From Lama guanicoe (lineage: Eukaryota), in NCBI GenBank assembly GCA_013239625.1, contig MU053881.1:1426001-1490000 (forward strand): a stretch of 64,000 nt of DNA. Reading direction: 5' to 3'. The translations under genes and the position numbers were made by a program. Below are positions 1 to 11,800 of the stretch, piece after piece. The notes below the pieces were generated by a model that ran no database searches, was not told where the DNA came from, and worked only from the letters and a program-made list of their open reading frames with translations. Numbering within the stretch: position 1 is the first letter of the stretch; each line of letters starts with the position of its first letter.

Positions 1-8
1 CTTCTGAG

Positions 9-198
9 CAGGGCTCCCCAGCAGAGCTTCCTGTGACGGTGGGAGTGTCCTAGGCCCCACTAACACAGCCGCCACCACCAGCCGCATGGGCTGTTGAGCC
101 CCTGAAAGGTGGCTAGTGCCACTGACGAACGGAATTTTGAATTTTTGTTTAACCTCAGTTTCTATCACCACTGGTGACTATGGTATTGGACAGCCTGG
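9..198 (+). mobile_element. MER3-like hAT-Charlie MITE
   Basis: Resembles recalled MER3 consensus (TGAAAGGTGGCTAGTGCCACTGACGAACGGAATTTT ... GGTATTGGACAGC). Confidence 0.8.
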
Positions 199-1191
199 TT
201 TTTGAGGTCACTTATGTACATTTCAGCCAGTAGCTCCCCTCGTGGTTTTGCACACGGGGCATCATACTTCGTTGTCCCTGTGTTGCTGTTCGCGGTTTGC
301 AGTTTCCCTCCGAGCTGGTCTGCATCAGCCTGCCTGTCGGAGAGCAGGTGCTGCCACCTTTGGGGTGAAAGGACGGAATCCTGTCAGGCTGTTGGGTTGT
401 CCTGTGAGGTCGCCGGCCAGTCCCCACCCCAAGGATGTTCGGTTTGTTTTGTTTCCCACCCTGTGTTCTTACAGACCGTCCTGCAGAGAAGTCAGGGACG
501 GAAGGAGGCCTGTTGTCTCGCCCTGTCCCCTGCCTTCCTCGTGCTTTGTACTGAAGGCTGTCATGAGCCAGGCACGGCTGCAGGGCCTGGGGTCCCGGGG
601 CAGGAAGGACAGGAGCCCGCAGTCTGTTTGGGGAGCCCCCCCAAGAGCAGCAGTTCTGGAATGTTGCAGGAAGGGCGCTGGCAGGGGGTGGCCCTGAAGT
701 CTGCTTGTGGGAGATGTGGGTGTGGTCGGGTCCCCACTGAGCTGTGAATGGTCCTGACGCGTGAGCATCCCAAGGGACGGGTTGGGGCCAGCACCACCCT
801 GCAGCCTGAGAGGCCTGGATCCGACTCTTGACTCTGCTGCCAGGTGGGTGCATCCTGCACGTCCCGGAGATATGGGCCCCTCTGGTGTACAAGCTCCTTG
901 CGTTAACTGACGCTTTTAATTACATTCATCAGACAGACAAATGGAAAAAGGAAACTTAGGAGGCCATACAGCTGGCCTGGAGAGGTCGGGGCAGAGCCAG
1001 GTTCGGGTGTGTCTGGGCTCAGGGGCTCCACCTCCACCTCTCAGCTCCTCTCTGAGCTGTTTTCAGACACTGTCTGCTTGCGGTGGGAAGGTGGCCACCA
1101 GCAGCCCGAGGGGTGGATCAGACCTTCTCAGCGAGCCCAGCGGATAGAGCTCTCCCCTTCCTTGAAGTTCTCAGCACTGGGGAGCGGGGAG

Positions 1192-1587
1192 TGTTATGGG
1201 CTGACGTGTGCCCCCTCCCCCTGCAAACTCATGCACTGAAGTCCTGTCCCCCTCCCAGTACCTCACAATGTGACTGTGTTGGAGACAGTTTCTTGGAAGA
1301 GGTATATAAGGTCAAGTGAGGCCATGGGGTGGGCCCTAATCCTCCATGCCTGGTGTCTTTGCAAGAAGAGGAGATCGGGACACAGACACACACACAGAGG
1401 GAGGGTGACGTGAAGACAGGGAAAGACGGCCATCTGCAAGCCAGTTCGAGAGGCCTCAGGAGACATCAACCCTGCTGACACCTTGATCTCTGACTTACAA
1501 CCCCCAGAACTGTGAGGAGATCGGTTTCTGTGGTTGAAGCCCCCCAGACCGCGGGACCCGTTCTGGCGGCCCGAGCAGACCAGTCCA
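1192..1587 (+). mobile_element. MLT1B-like MaLR solo LTR
   Basis: TG...CA ends; MLT1 blocks TGTTATGGGCTGA, GGCCATCTGCAAGCCA, CCTGCTGACACCTTGATCTCTGACTT. Confidence 0.85.
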
Positions 1588-2092
1588 GGGAGCTGTTGCT
1601 GGCGGGTGTGGAGTTTCTGTTTGGAGAGAAAGAAAAGTTCTGGAAATGGAGAGTGGGGACGGTTCTACCACGTTGTGAATGTAGTGAATGCCATGGAATT
1701 GTGCACCTTTTTTTGTTTAATTGAAGTGTAGTCGGTTTACAATGTTGTGTCAGTTTCTGGGGCACAGCATCATGTTTCAGTCATACGTATACATACGTAT
1801 TCCTTCTCACACTCTTTTTCGTCAGATATTGAATATAGTTGCCTGTGCCGTACAGTACAGACCTGTTGTTTATTGGTTTTGTGAGGATTTCCTTGTATTT
1901 CCGATGTAAGAGATACTCTGCCAAAGCTCAGTAGATACTCTGTGTGATTTGTTCTGTATGTAGGTTTAGATTTTGCTGTATTTGTGGAAGAGGGTGAGCT
2001 CTGCTGTCTCGGCCCAGCCCCCAGAATTGTGCACTTTTAAATGGTTAAAATGGTTATTTAAATTTTGTTTCTATTTTAGCATGATTAAAGAA
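1588..2092 (+). mobile_element. L1MB-type 3' end, split by a younger insertion at 1707-2023
   Basis: AAAAGTTCTGGAAATGGA...TGTGAATG...GAATTGTGCAC, resuming at 2024 as GAATTGTGCACTTTTAAATGGTTAAAATGG; homologous 3' ends at ~17050-17225 and ~63820-63995. Confidence 0.8.
1707..2023 (-). mobile_element. Mini-L1: L1 5'UTR start fused to L1 3' terminus (putative spliced L1 insertion)
   Basis: TSD GAATTGTGCAC(C/T)TTT at 1696-1710 and 2024-2038; TT/AAAA endonuclease site; A tail on minus; 1711-1873 matches the young L1 3' ends elsewhere in the window; 1874-2023 resembles the recalled cetartiodactyl L1 5' start. Confidence 0.75.
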
Positions 2093-2509
2093 AGAAGTCC
2101 CAGAATCGAGCCAGACTTGCCTGGCTGGGGGCAGGGGCCTCTCCCTGGCCGAGTCGGTGTGCCTGGATGCGTTGACTGCTCAGGCCTGGGTCGTGGGACA
2201 GATCTTGGAACTGGGCGGGCGGGGGGGGGGGCCATTCCGGGGGAAGGCTGATGCTACCATGACTGCGAGGGCTGACAGGGGAAGGGGGTCACCTCAAGGA
2301 CAGGTGGGGTGCTGCTCCCGGAAGGAAAGGAAAGGGATGCCACCAGGCAGACACATTTAGTAGACAACCCCTCAGTCCTGCTCCGGGGGCGGCCGGCCAG
2401 ACGTGTCCAGCTGGTCCTCAGCGGGGACTGGAGACAGATCCTGCGTTTGAGTGGAGGTTTGCCTCCACCTCAGGCACACAGGTCTTTCCCTCTGTTGAAT
2501 TGATCCAAC

Positions 2510-2715
2510 GGTGTGGCTCAGTGATAAAGCGCTTGAATTCTGGACCCAGGCTGCTGGGTTCAAATTCCCTGTCCTTTACCAGCTCCATGACCTTGAACTT
2601 AGCCTCCTGCTGCCTCAGTTTTTCATCTGTGAAGTGGGGTTTCTGATAGCGCGGGGCTTGTGCAAGGACTAGATGAGTTAACACACGTAGAGAGTTTGTA
2701 ACAGGGCCTGGCGCC
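2510..2715 (+). mobile_element. MIR SINE
   Basis: Core CTGGGTTCAAAT...TGACCTTG...GCCTCAGTTTTTCATCTGTGAAGTGGGG. Confidence 0.8.
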
Positions 2716-3739
2716 GCTTCCTGAGAGCGAGTTAGCGTTTACCAGGCCCCCCAGATCCGTCGTCCCCAGGCCAGTCCAGACCCGCCGTGTGCAGCCTGTT
2801 AACCTTCCTGATTTTCACTGATGTCAGTCAGGGCTGCCAGAGAGGTAGGGGGGAGGTGACCCCGTGTTGGCAGTTGGCCGGGGATATCCTGGAGGGAAAG
2901 AACAAAGGCTTGGCAGATTTCCTTGGCATATTCTTCTGGGACGTGGGTGAGAAAATGCTAGTGACAGCGCCCAGAAGTGAGGGAACCAGAAAGGAAGAGA
3001 AAACGTGTAGCCCGTGATCTCTGGTCAGCCGCTAACAGCATCCAGAAAGGCCCGTCCTGCAGAGCCTGGGGCTCTGCCCGGACACGGCTCACGCTGGGTT
3101 CTCACGGGGCTCAGCCGGCCCCGGAAGTTATTAGCAACTTTTAACGGGAAAACGGTGATACTTTCCATTTCCTCTCTGTGCCTGTTTGTGCCCTTGCATA
3201 ATATGCCAGAGACGTGGTGTGTGGTTCCCAAATGATGGGCCCTGGGCTTGCAGTGAAGGGTGACTTTCCAGAAATTAATAAACAGATGAATCAGTTAGGA
3301 ATTCGCTGCTCTGTGGGAATCTTTGGAAGTCTGAGCAGAGGTGTGAAGCTCTGCCCAGGAGAGCGCGGAGCACGAGGCGGAGATGATACGGAGCCTGATC
3401 CATTTCAGGGATGGTTTATGGCCCGCGCTGCAGGGTGGGACAGACGTGGTCAAGGTTGCTCTGTTCAGTCTGTTTACTCTATCTGTTGGTTTTGGAGATT
3501 GCTTAGGGCAGGGGGTGGCGCTTTGTAATTACTTGGAAGCAAAAACTTGTTAACCCCCTTTGAGTTCCTTCTTATTAGTAGAAATTTTTTGAACGATACT
3601 TTTTTTAATGTTAAATCCCAGTCAACTTGCATTTATGGTAAAAATAAGTAGCTTAATAGTGTTATGCTGTGGTGTCAGACTGTACAGAAGTTAATGTGTA
3701 TGTCTGATTTTTTTTTTTTTTGCCACAATTCTCTGGAGA

Positions 3740-4500
3740 ATTCATTCATTTGTTCATTCATTCATCGCCCCCTCCCCTGTGTCGTGCTTGTCCTGCGGGC
3801 GATGCTGACTAAGATTGTTAGAGGGGCTGTAGACCCGGTTCTTAGAGGACATTGGCACGTACACAGGGACCATCGGGAAGCATCCCAAAACAGAAGGCCC
3901 ACCGAAACTGAAAGGAGGAAAAGGTCACCTCAGATCAGGAAGGCCTGGGCGGGGGAGATGACAGCCGGGCAGGGCTGGCATCTTAGCCAGCTGGGACGGG
4001 ATGAGCCCCGGGCACCCGGAGCCCAGGAGCGTCAGGGAGCCCTGTGTGGTTGGAAGGTGGGGGTGGGAGGTGAGGGAGGGTCTCGGTTTATAGGGGGATG
4101 TGGGCCCCGTCCTGTGGGACACAGGTAAAGGTGCGTGAGTACAGTTCAACTTTCAGAGGAGGACTCTGGATACAGTGTGAAGGATGGGCTGGACCACAGG
4201 TTTGGCCCAGCAGAGAGGCCCGCTGAGGGGATGCTCAGGGTGCGGACAGCCTTGTCTTGTTCCCTCCTGCATCCCCTGGGCCTCGAACAGGGCTGGGCAT
4301 GTGGAGGCAGGATGATAATATCTGCTGAATGGCTTCTCTCTGGAGGAGAGGTCACGAGAACTTGAATGAGGGCCATGAGAATTGACGGCAGGGAACAGCT
4401 GTGAGAGGCACTGGGCCATGTGGTGGACAGAAGTCACAAACAGGATGGATGGGCACGGGAGGGGACAGAGGTGCCCGAAGTTGGAAGCCTGGGGGAGGGC
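3740..4500 (-). mobile_element. L2 fragment(s), degraded
   Basis: (TTCA)n tail at 3741-3765 followed by typical antisense L2 3' sequence. Confidence 0.55.
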
Positions 4501-4751
4501 GATATCCTGAACAGGAACCGGAAATCCCCAGAGAGGGATTTAGAAGGGAGGATGGTGCGCATGGTTTTGGACAGTGGCCTTACGAACCAGTTTGTAGACC
4601 CACTGATGGAAGGAGGAAAAAGATTAGAAGTCTCCTCTCAAGGCATGTCTAGCCACGCTGAATTTACGAATTAGAAACTGTACCATGTCCTGTAAACAAA
4701 GGTCTTGGGGTTTCGCTCTGTGGTGACCACTGGGATTTGGAGATTTTCTTG

Positions 4752-4769
4752 TGGCCACCAGAGGGAGCC
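4752..4769 (+). promoter_or_regulatory. Candidate CTCF site
   Basis: TGGCCACCAGAGGGAGCC, close to core CCASYAGRKGGCRS (one mismatch) in apparently unique sequence. Confidence 0.55.
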
Positions 4770-5482
4770 CACAATATTCATTAAATGCTATAGAAATCGA
4801 GTAGGAATTTTTAAAAGGATAATTAATATTTTTTTTAAAATGTACTCTCAAGCACACGAAAGTTCAAACCAAGGGAAGTGAAATACAAAGTTAACCTTTC
4901 ACACTGGTGTTTTTTTTTCCCGACTAAAATGGAAGATCCCTGAGAATTTTCCAGATGACTCCAGAATCAGGTGGTGTGTTGTTGGTTTCAGGTCATGACG
5001 ATTATGTGAAGGGTGAAAAAGTCGTTAGCAAGCACATTCCTAGAGCAGGTGTCCCACTCACCCAGCGTCGCGTGGGTGTCTCTGGGTTAGTCTCAATGGA
5101 GAATCCCTGAAGCTGTGGGAAGATAAGACACGAAGGGCCTTGATCTCAGCCTGGCCAGCCCTGTGCCAGCTACGGGATGACAGGTGCGACTTTTCCCCCC
5201 GTGAGGTGTCGTGTAACTGTACACCGCGACTACTGAGTGTCCCACCTCTCAAGAGCTGCTCACGTGGGGGCCTGCCTCTTCCCGGGGGTGGGTTCAGTGC
5301 AGTCACAGTATCCGGCTTCTTAGCTCACTTCTCACGCCAAAGTGTATTCCACGTGGACGGAACACACAAATGTGAAACATAAAACCGTGGAAGGCAAGAC
5401 AGAAATACAGCAGGTCATGTTTTAACATTATGAGGTGGAAATCGACTTTATAAGCCTGGCACCGAAGTCAGAAGCCATAAAG

Positions 5483-5700
5483 CAGCAGTTCTCACCCTGG
5501 GGTGATCTTGTCGTCTGGGGACGTTTGGCAAAATGATTAGAGACATTTTTGATTTGTCTCCGCTTGGGGGGTGGGGTGCTACTGGCATCTGGTGGGTAGA
5601 GGACAAGGATGCTGCTGACCAGGCCACAGGGACAGGCCAGCCCCCACGACAAAGAATCTTCCTACCCACATGTCAGCGGTGCTGATGTTGAAAAACTCTG
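5483..5700 (+). mobile_element. MER20 hAT-Charlie MITE
   Basis: CAGCAGTTCTCA ... TGCTACTGGCATCTGGTGGGTAGAGG ... GTTGAAAAACTCTG; terminal inverted repeats. Confidence 0.9.
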
Positions 5701-5751
5701 CTGCAGAATAAATGTTTTCAGCTTCAAAACATATTTTCTTTTTTAAAAAAA

Positions 5752-5881
5752 TTATTATTTTGGGGGGCGAGAGGGATAATTAGGTTTATGTATTTATTTA
5801 TTTGTGGAGGTGCTGGGAACTGAACCCAGGCCCTCGTGCATGCTTAGCACACTCTCTACCAGTGAGCTATACCCTCCCCCA
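5752..5881 (-). mobile_element. Vic-1-type tRNA-derived SINE
   Basis: Minus strand GGGGAGGGTATAGCTCACTGGTAGAG...GGGTTCAGTTCCCAGCACCTCCA with A/B boxes and A-rich tail. Confidence 0.85.
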
Positions 5882-6527
5882 CTTAAACTTTCTTTCTAGA
5901 AAGAAAACCCCACCTTAACAAAGTTTAAAGACAAAGACACAGGAAAATAATTCAACATATACAACAAACAGACAGTGAAAGCATGAAACCCAAAGTGCTT
6001 TCGTACAAGAAAAAAGGGAAAACCAAATATTTTAGTGGGAGAGTGGGCAAAGGAAATAAGCAGGGAGTTCCCAACAGGAAAACGTGTGAATGGTGACCCT
6101 GTCCCTCAGTGAACACTTCTCCTGGGGCACCCGTTCTGTGCCAGGTGCCACTCTGGGCACTGGAAAAGCTGGTCCACATTGTGAATAACTGAGGAAATGC
6201 ACAGTGAAATGAGATGCTCGTTTTCAACGATCAGATTGATAAAGCTTAAATGCTGGAGGGCAGTTTGGCCTCTGAGCAAAACATTTTAAAAGCACAGACG
6301 TTCTCCCAGCGTTTCCACTGCTAGGTTCAGTAAAAATCTGACCACTGTGCACAAGTGACTGTACGGTGATGTTTATCGGAGCATCATTCACAGCAGCAAA
6401 AGCGTGGGGAATGACAGTCCCAGCCCTTCACAGGGGAAAGACAGCTGCGGTATTCTGACAGTGGGGAGAAGACCGACAGTGTCAGAGTGTGAACAGCGCT
6501 CGCTGAGAGGTGAGAGTGTAAGTGCCC

Positions 6528-6628
6528 TTTTTTCTTTCTTTTGAAATAGAGGCCCCGGGGGACTGCACCCAGGACCCGGCGCATGCTCACCAAGCATGCT
6601 CTCCACCACTGAGCTCTACCCACCCCCT
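6528..6628 (-). mobile_element. Vic-1-type SINE, diverged
   Basis: Minus strand GGTAGAGCTCAGTGGTGGAGAGCATGCTTGG...GTCCTGGGTGCAGTCCCCC plus A-rich tail. Confidence 0.75.
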
Positions 6629-6964
6629 GCATTTTCTGAATTTGCTAACAATAAGCATGCATCACCAGCATAATCAGGAGCAAAAAGTAAAACAGCTGAA
6701 AAGTATTCAACCGAAAAGCCAAAGACAGAGTTTGTTTCTGGCCCTGGGCTGGCCACAGGCCTGTCCAAGTGTCCTGCCCACCTCAGGGCTCTGGTGGTCT
6801 GAAAGGCAGCCTCTGTCTGATTTAAAGTCCACCAAGCCACTCAGCAAGAAACCTGGTGCATGACAGGTGCTACAAAAATGTTTACATTTAATACATAGTG
6901 TTTTCCTAAAGGACCTTTTAAAGCTGAAAAGTGCACTGTAGGCACAGATTAATATAGACACCCA

Positions 6965-7100
6965 TGGGGAGTGATGGAAAGCATGTCTTCTGGGATAAGG
7001 CAGGCCTGAATTTGAGTCCTGGGTCTGTCAGTTAGAGCTGTGTGACCTTGGGCATGTTGCTTAACGTCTCTGGCCTTCAGTTCACCATTCTTCTTTAATA
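6965..7100 (+). mobile_element. MIR SINE
   Basis: AGCTGTGTGACCTTGGGCATGTTGCTTAACGTCTCTG core. Confidence 0.75.
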
Positions 7101-7134
7101 ACGACACCACAGTCCCAAAGTTGAAGGTAGTTAT

Positions 7135-8230
7135 TTGTTATCTTATTTGTTCTTCGTTCAAAAATATGTATTCAATATCTTGTAGTAACCTATAATGGAA
7201 AAGAATATGGAAGGAAATATATGTATGTACATGTATGACTAAAGCATTATGCTGTACACCAGAAATTGACATAGCGTTGTAAACTGACTATACTGCAATA
7301 AACAAAAATTGGTTTTAATGTGCCATGTTGGATTTTAGGGGCACAGTGGTGGACAAGACAAAATCTGTGTCCACATAGAATTTACATTCCAGGCGTCATG
7401 GGGTAGGTAGGGTGGAGACAGACAAACTAAAACAGATGAAGTAACAAATGAGGTGACTCAGGCATGGACAGGCGCTTGGCTGAGGATGCAAGGGGTGCTG
7501 GTGCTGACATTTGCTGCTTTGGAGAGGGAGGCCAGGGAGGGCTCTCTGAGGAGGGGACACTGAGGCCAAGATCTGCATGATGAGAAGCCTGGCATCCCGC
7601 GGTGTCCCAAGGCCCCAAGAACAGCGAGTTGGTTCTCAGGCCGCCAAGACGCCGGGGTGTCTTCTAGGAACAGGGAGGAGTCAGTGTCTGAAGTGGGCTG
7701 GGGAGGGCATGATGAGGCCCGGGAGGGTGTGTCGGGCCCTCTTGGCTAAGGAAGAATGTGTGTTTCACCCCCAAAGCAGTGGGAGATCACTGCTGGGTTG
7801 AAAATAAAGAGATGCCATTGTCCAGTTTGTGCTTTGAAAAGCTCAGGCTGATGCGGAATGGAGAGTGGTCCCGGACGAGTGCCTGAGAGGAACGGAGGGG
7901 CAGAGGAAGTGGGGAAACCACTGGGAGGTCACCGCAGTCATCCAGGCCAGGTGCAGTGGGGGCTCGCACAGGGGGCCTGATGCTGGAGGCGATGGGAAGA
8001 CATGGATGGAGTCGATGTGGATTTTAGGGGCTGTACTGGCAGGACTTGGAGGTGGACTGAATCAGGGGGACTGAGGGAGAGAAGATTGGATGACTCCCAG
8101 CTTTTGAATGACACCCGAATTCTTAGCTTGGGCAACTCAGTGGTGCCATTTGCTGTAACGGGGTGGAGGATGGAATGGGGAATCTGTTTGGACTTGTTCA
8201 TTTTGACATGACTAGTAGACATCTGAGCAG
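7135..8230 (-). mobile_element. L2 element carrying a young L1 3' fragment
   Basis: Antisense L2 motifs (GCAGTCATCCAGGCCAGG, GATGACTCCCAGCTTTTG, GTGGTGCCATTTGCTG). Confidence 0.7.
7165..7308 (+). mobile_element. Young artiodactyl-type L1 3' end, 5'-truncated
   Basis: TATTCAATATCTTGTAGTAACCTATAATGG...GCTGTACACCAGAAATTGAC...TGTAAACTGACTATACTGCAATAAA. Confidence 0.85.
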
Positions 8231-8433
8231 AGATACACAGTCACAGTCCTTGGATTAAATGACACCACGGAGGTGGAGGCAGCAGCACAGGGCCTGGCCC
8301 AGAGTGGGCATTTGTCACTGTGTGTTGACTCCAAATACACATGTATGGGGACAGTGGTCAAGACAGCCCTGGACCTTAGCCTGGTTGCCTCCTTCCTTAG
8401 CCTGGAGCCTGGAAAGACCTCTTCGTTCCTTAC

Positions 8434-8486
8434 TGTATTAGTCAGGGATTTCCAGAGAAACAGAACCAATAGGATGTGTATGCCTA

Positions 8487-8519
<33 letters not shown>

Positions 8520-8861
8520 TTAAAGAGATTTATCTTAAGTAACTGGTTCAGTCCAAACCTGCAGGGCAAGTCAGCAAGCTGGAGGCCCAGGAGAGCCAAT
8601 GTTCCAGTTAGAGTCCTAAGGGCATTTGCTGGAGAATGCTCTCTTGTTGGAGAATTCTCTCTTTTGTTCTGTTCAGACCTTCAACTGATTGGATGAGGCC
8701 CACCCACACTACAGAGGGCAATCTGCTTTCCTCCAAGTTCACCTGTTTGAATGTTTATCTCATCCAAAAAGATCCTCATGGAGAAACATCCAGAATAATG
8801 TTTGGCCACATATCTGGGTGCCGTGGCCCGGCCAAGTGGACCCATGAAATTAACCATCACA
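8434..8861 (-). mobile_element. MLT2 (ERVL) solo LTR with 5-bp TSD
   Basis: TGTATTAGTCAGGG...CAACTGATTGGATGAGGCCCACCCAC...TTAACCATCACA; TSD CTTAC at 8429-8433 and 8862-8866. Confidence 0.9.
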
Positions 8862-11800
8862 CTTACCTTCTACTGTTACCTCCCTTGGAGTCCCCCTCAT
8901 TTTTCCTCATCTCTCTTTCCAGCCAGTCAGTTCTCTCATCCTGCTTCCCGTGCATTGACTAAATCTTCCCTACACCATCCCCCCCCCCACCACTGCTTTC
9001 TTCAGATCATCATCGTCCCTCATCCCTTCCAAGCCTTCCCCAGTATTGGGGCAAAGTTTGGTTTAACCGCCTTCCATCTTTAGGACCAAGTACGCAGTCT
9101 GTATCTTGGCATTTCTCAACTAGATTCCTGCCTCCCTCTCTGGACCCATCTCTCAAATCGTGTCACCTTCCTGTGCCAAATGCAGTGATTTCATTTTTCA
9201 ATCATGCTACCTACTCAGAACGTATATGTCATTCTTTTGCCCAAAATGGCTCCCCTCCTGGCTTTTTGCTGAAAGAACCCATGTTCATTCTTCGTGGTCC
9301 AGCTTCGGTCTTAGTCATCTGAGAACCTTCCCTATTTTCTAGGCAGAAGGAAACTCCTCCTCCTCCTCTGCGACCCCACCACACTCTGGGTGCCCCTCAA
9401 ACGATCCCATAGTGTACTTGGGGTTGCTCCCTCTGACTGTCACCACCACTTCCCCACCCTGTGAAACCCTAAAAGGCAGGGGCTGCATCCTGTCTCCCCC
9501 TCCCCACTCTCCAGGCTCCTAACAGATCCTCCAGTGAGGGTTAGATGAGGTGGGGGAGGAAGGAAAGGACAAATTCTGCTTCTACCCCAGGAGCACGCAG
9601 AATTCAGCTCATTTTATAAATAACTTCGGGTGATTTGTGGAGTGACAGTGACAAGTCTGTTAGGGGACTGTTACGGAGAAGGGGTAATAAAATCTATAAA
9701 TAAAGCTGCACGGCCGACATTGTCTTCCTTGGACTCCTCACTGCCCAGGAACCGGGCGGGGCTGGCAGAGAGGCTTCTCAGCGCACAGGGAAGCCCGTCT
9801 GCGGCGTCCGCTCACTCTTACCCTCGGACTTTATCCTGACTCGCTTTCAGGTTTTCCCACGTTTTCATCGCTTGGCTTTTTCTCCTTGCTTATCTTAGAC
9901 TTAACTCTGGCCAGGACCTGGCTCTGCCGAGTTCTGAGTTGGCCCCAGGGGCCGATGACTGGATGATTGAAGGCATTTGCGTTCAGTTTGGTGCTGGCCC
10001 GGGTCCCTTCCCTGTGAATCAGATCCGGTCCTACCAGCTGGCTTTGGGGTCCTTGCCACTCTGTGTCGGAAATATATTCCCTCCAGGGAAACGGTTCAGA
10101 AATCTGCTTCCTGAAAAGCCTCCTTGACCCTTTGCAGCCAACATTTCCTGTATTTTCTGTTCTAATCCTCAGATTGCTTAAATCCAGCAGGGTTTGGGAG
10201 CTGTGCAGACCCGGGCTCTCCCAGCCCCCTCCCTAGGTTGGAAGGCCTGGCCTCTGAACACACGCGGATCTCCCTGCCTGTCTTCTCTGTCCTCTGGCTG
10301 CTGAGCCGCTCCCCTGTCCCTCCTGTGGCCTCACCTGGCTCAGCCCACCCCGTGTCCACCCGCGCAGCCTTGCAGGGATGGTGGAGGTTGAACCTGGCAC
10401 CGAGCGACCTCCGCTGCCTCCAGCCTCGTGGGGCAGATAGAAGTGGGGGGGCATGGGCAAGAGAGAGCTGCCCTTGCTAAATTGTACAAATACGACTGGT
10501 TGTGGTCAAAACACACGGAAATGTCCCCTCCTTTCCTTCATCTCTTAGTGTGGCTCGCTCTGTCCCACTCTGCCGCGTGCACCCTCAGGTCTCTCCCTCC
10601 AGCAGCCTGGGAGCAGCCCCTGGACCCACCCGTCGGGGAGGCAGCTAGGAAGACATATAACCGGCCTCGCAGAGTCTTGTTCTGGGGAGCAGAGAGGAGG
10701 GAGGGAGGCTCAATGGACGGTGAATGAGGTAGCGTTCTTTGATCCCTTGCAACAGCAATCAACTAGGGCAGATTCGGACCAAGAGGGAAAGTGTTGGGGG
10801 AAATGCAGGAGCTCACAGAAGCGAAGTGCCCGCTGAGGAAGGAGGCTGGGCAGGGACAGGGTGCAGGGCAGCCCCCTGGGGAACGAGAGGTCCCCTGGGT
10901 GTGTCTGCACCAGCTGTTTGTTCTGTGTGTCACTCTGCCTGAGGTTCAGGGTCTCAGGAGACAGAGCCCCAATGGGCAGTCCTGGCTGCTGTGCCCATCC
11001 CTCTGCCAGGGTCTTTGAGAGGCAGGGAGGGCACCTCCCCAACGGGTGCCAGGAGGCCACACGGTGTCAGGGAGGGGGGTCTGGGTTTGATACAGGTGGA
11101 CTCTGCCCCCAGCTCTGTGAGCTGGGCCAGCGATCTGATGCTTTAAACCCCACCTCTCCTTCTGCGTAACATGGAAAAGCTTTATGTGTCTCACGGGCCT
11201 GTTCTGAGGCTACGCTGAGATGAGTGTATGTGGGGGTGCTAGGTGCTCCCAGGCATCTCCAATATCTGTTCATTTATCCCTCAGGAAAGTGGCCTACGGT
11301 CCCCAAAAGCTGGGAGACAGCTGGACACAGATCATTATTACAGTGCGAGGGGGACTTAGCCAGGCCAGCGTGGCGGGGGGGAGCTTTCCTTCTGTGGCCT
11401 CCTTCGCAGAAAAGGACGTCATTTCTGCTTAGACTCTTGGTTCACTGAGTGCCAGAATCCCCCCCGCCCTCTGCCCCGACAACCTTCTGCTCAAAGATGG
11501 AGAAAGAGCAACTCCTGGCTCCTCCTCCGGGAGCCCTTGAACTTGGGGTTCTCTCTGCTTTCCTGCAGACTGTCAGCAGGCAGTGTGGTCAAGCCCTTTG
11601 CTCTCGACTGGCCCTCCTGATCCACCAAAGGTTCCATTTTTGTTTAGTCCTGACTTTGGAAGTAGGATGAATCTATCCAAGCTTCCTTTCCCACGAGGTC
11701 ATGATTTTCATGACACAAGTAGGCCTGAAGCGGCCTGCTGTCTGGTCGTTTCTTTAGAAGCAGCCGTGTGCGGCCCACTCACAGGCTAGCACAGAAAGAA

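Larger units (their letters stand above)
5320..6720 (+). mobile_element. Ancient L1ME-type ORF2-end/3'UTR fragments interrupted by MER20 and two SINEs
   Basis: Degenerate L1 motifs, e.g. CAAATGTGAAACATAAAACC, GAAATGCACAGTGAAATGAGATG, TTTCCACTGCTAGG. Confidence 0.55.

Noticed and set aside
202..892. Overlapping 181-aa and 226-aa ORFs
   Set aside because: No homology I recognise, non-ATG starts, typical GC-rich stop-codon scarcity.
4641..4650. p53 half-site AGGCATGTCT
   Set aside because: No adjacent second half-site.
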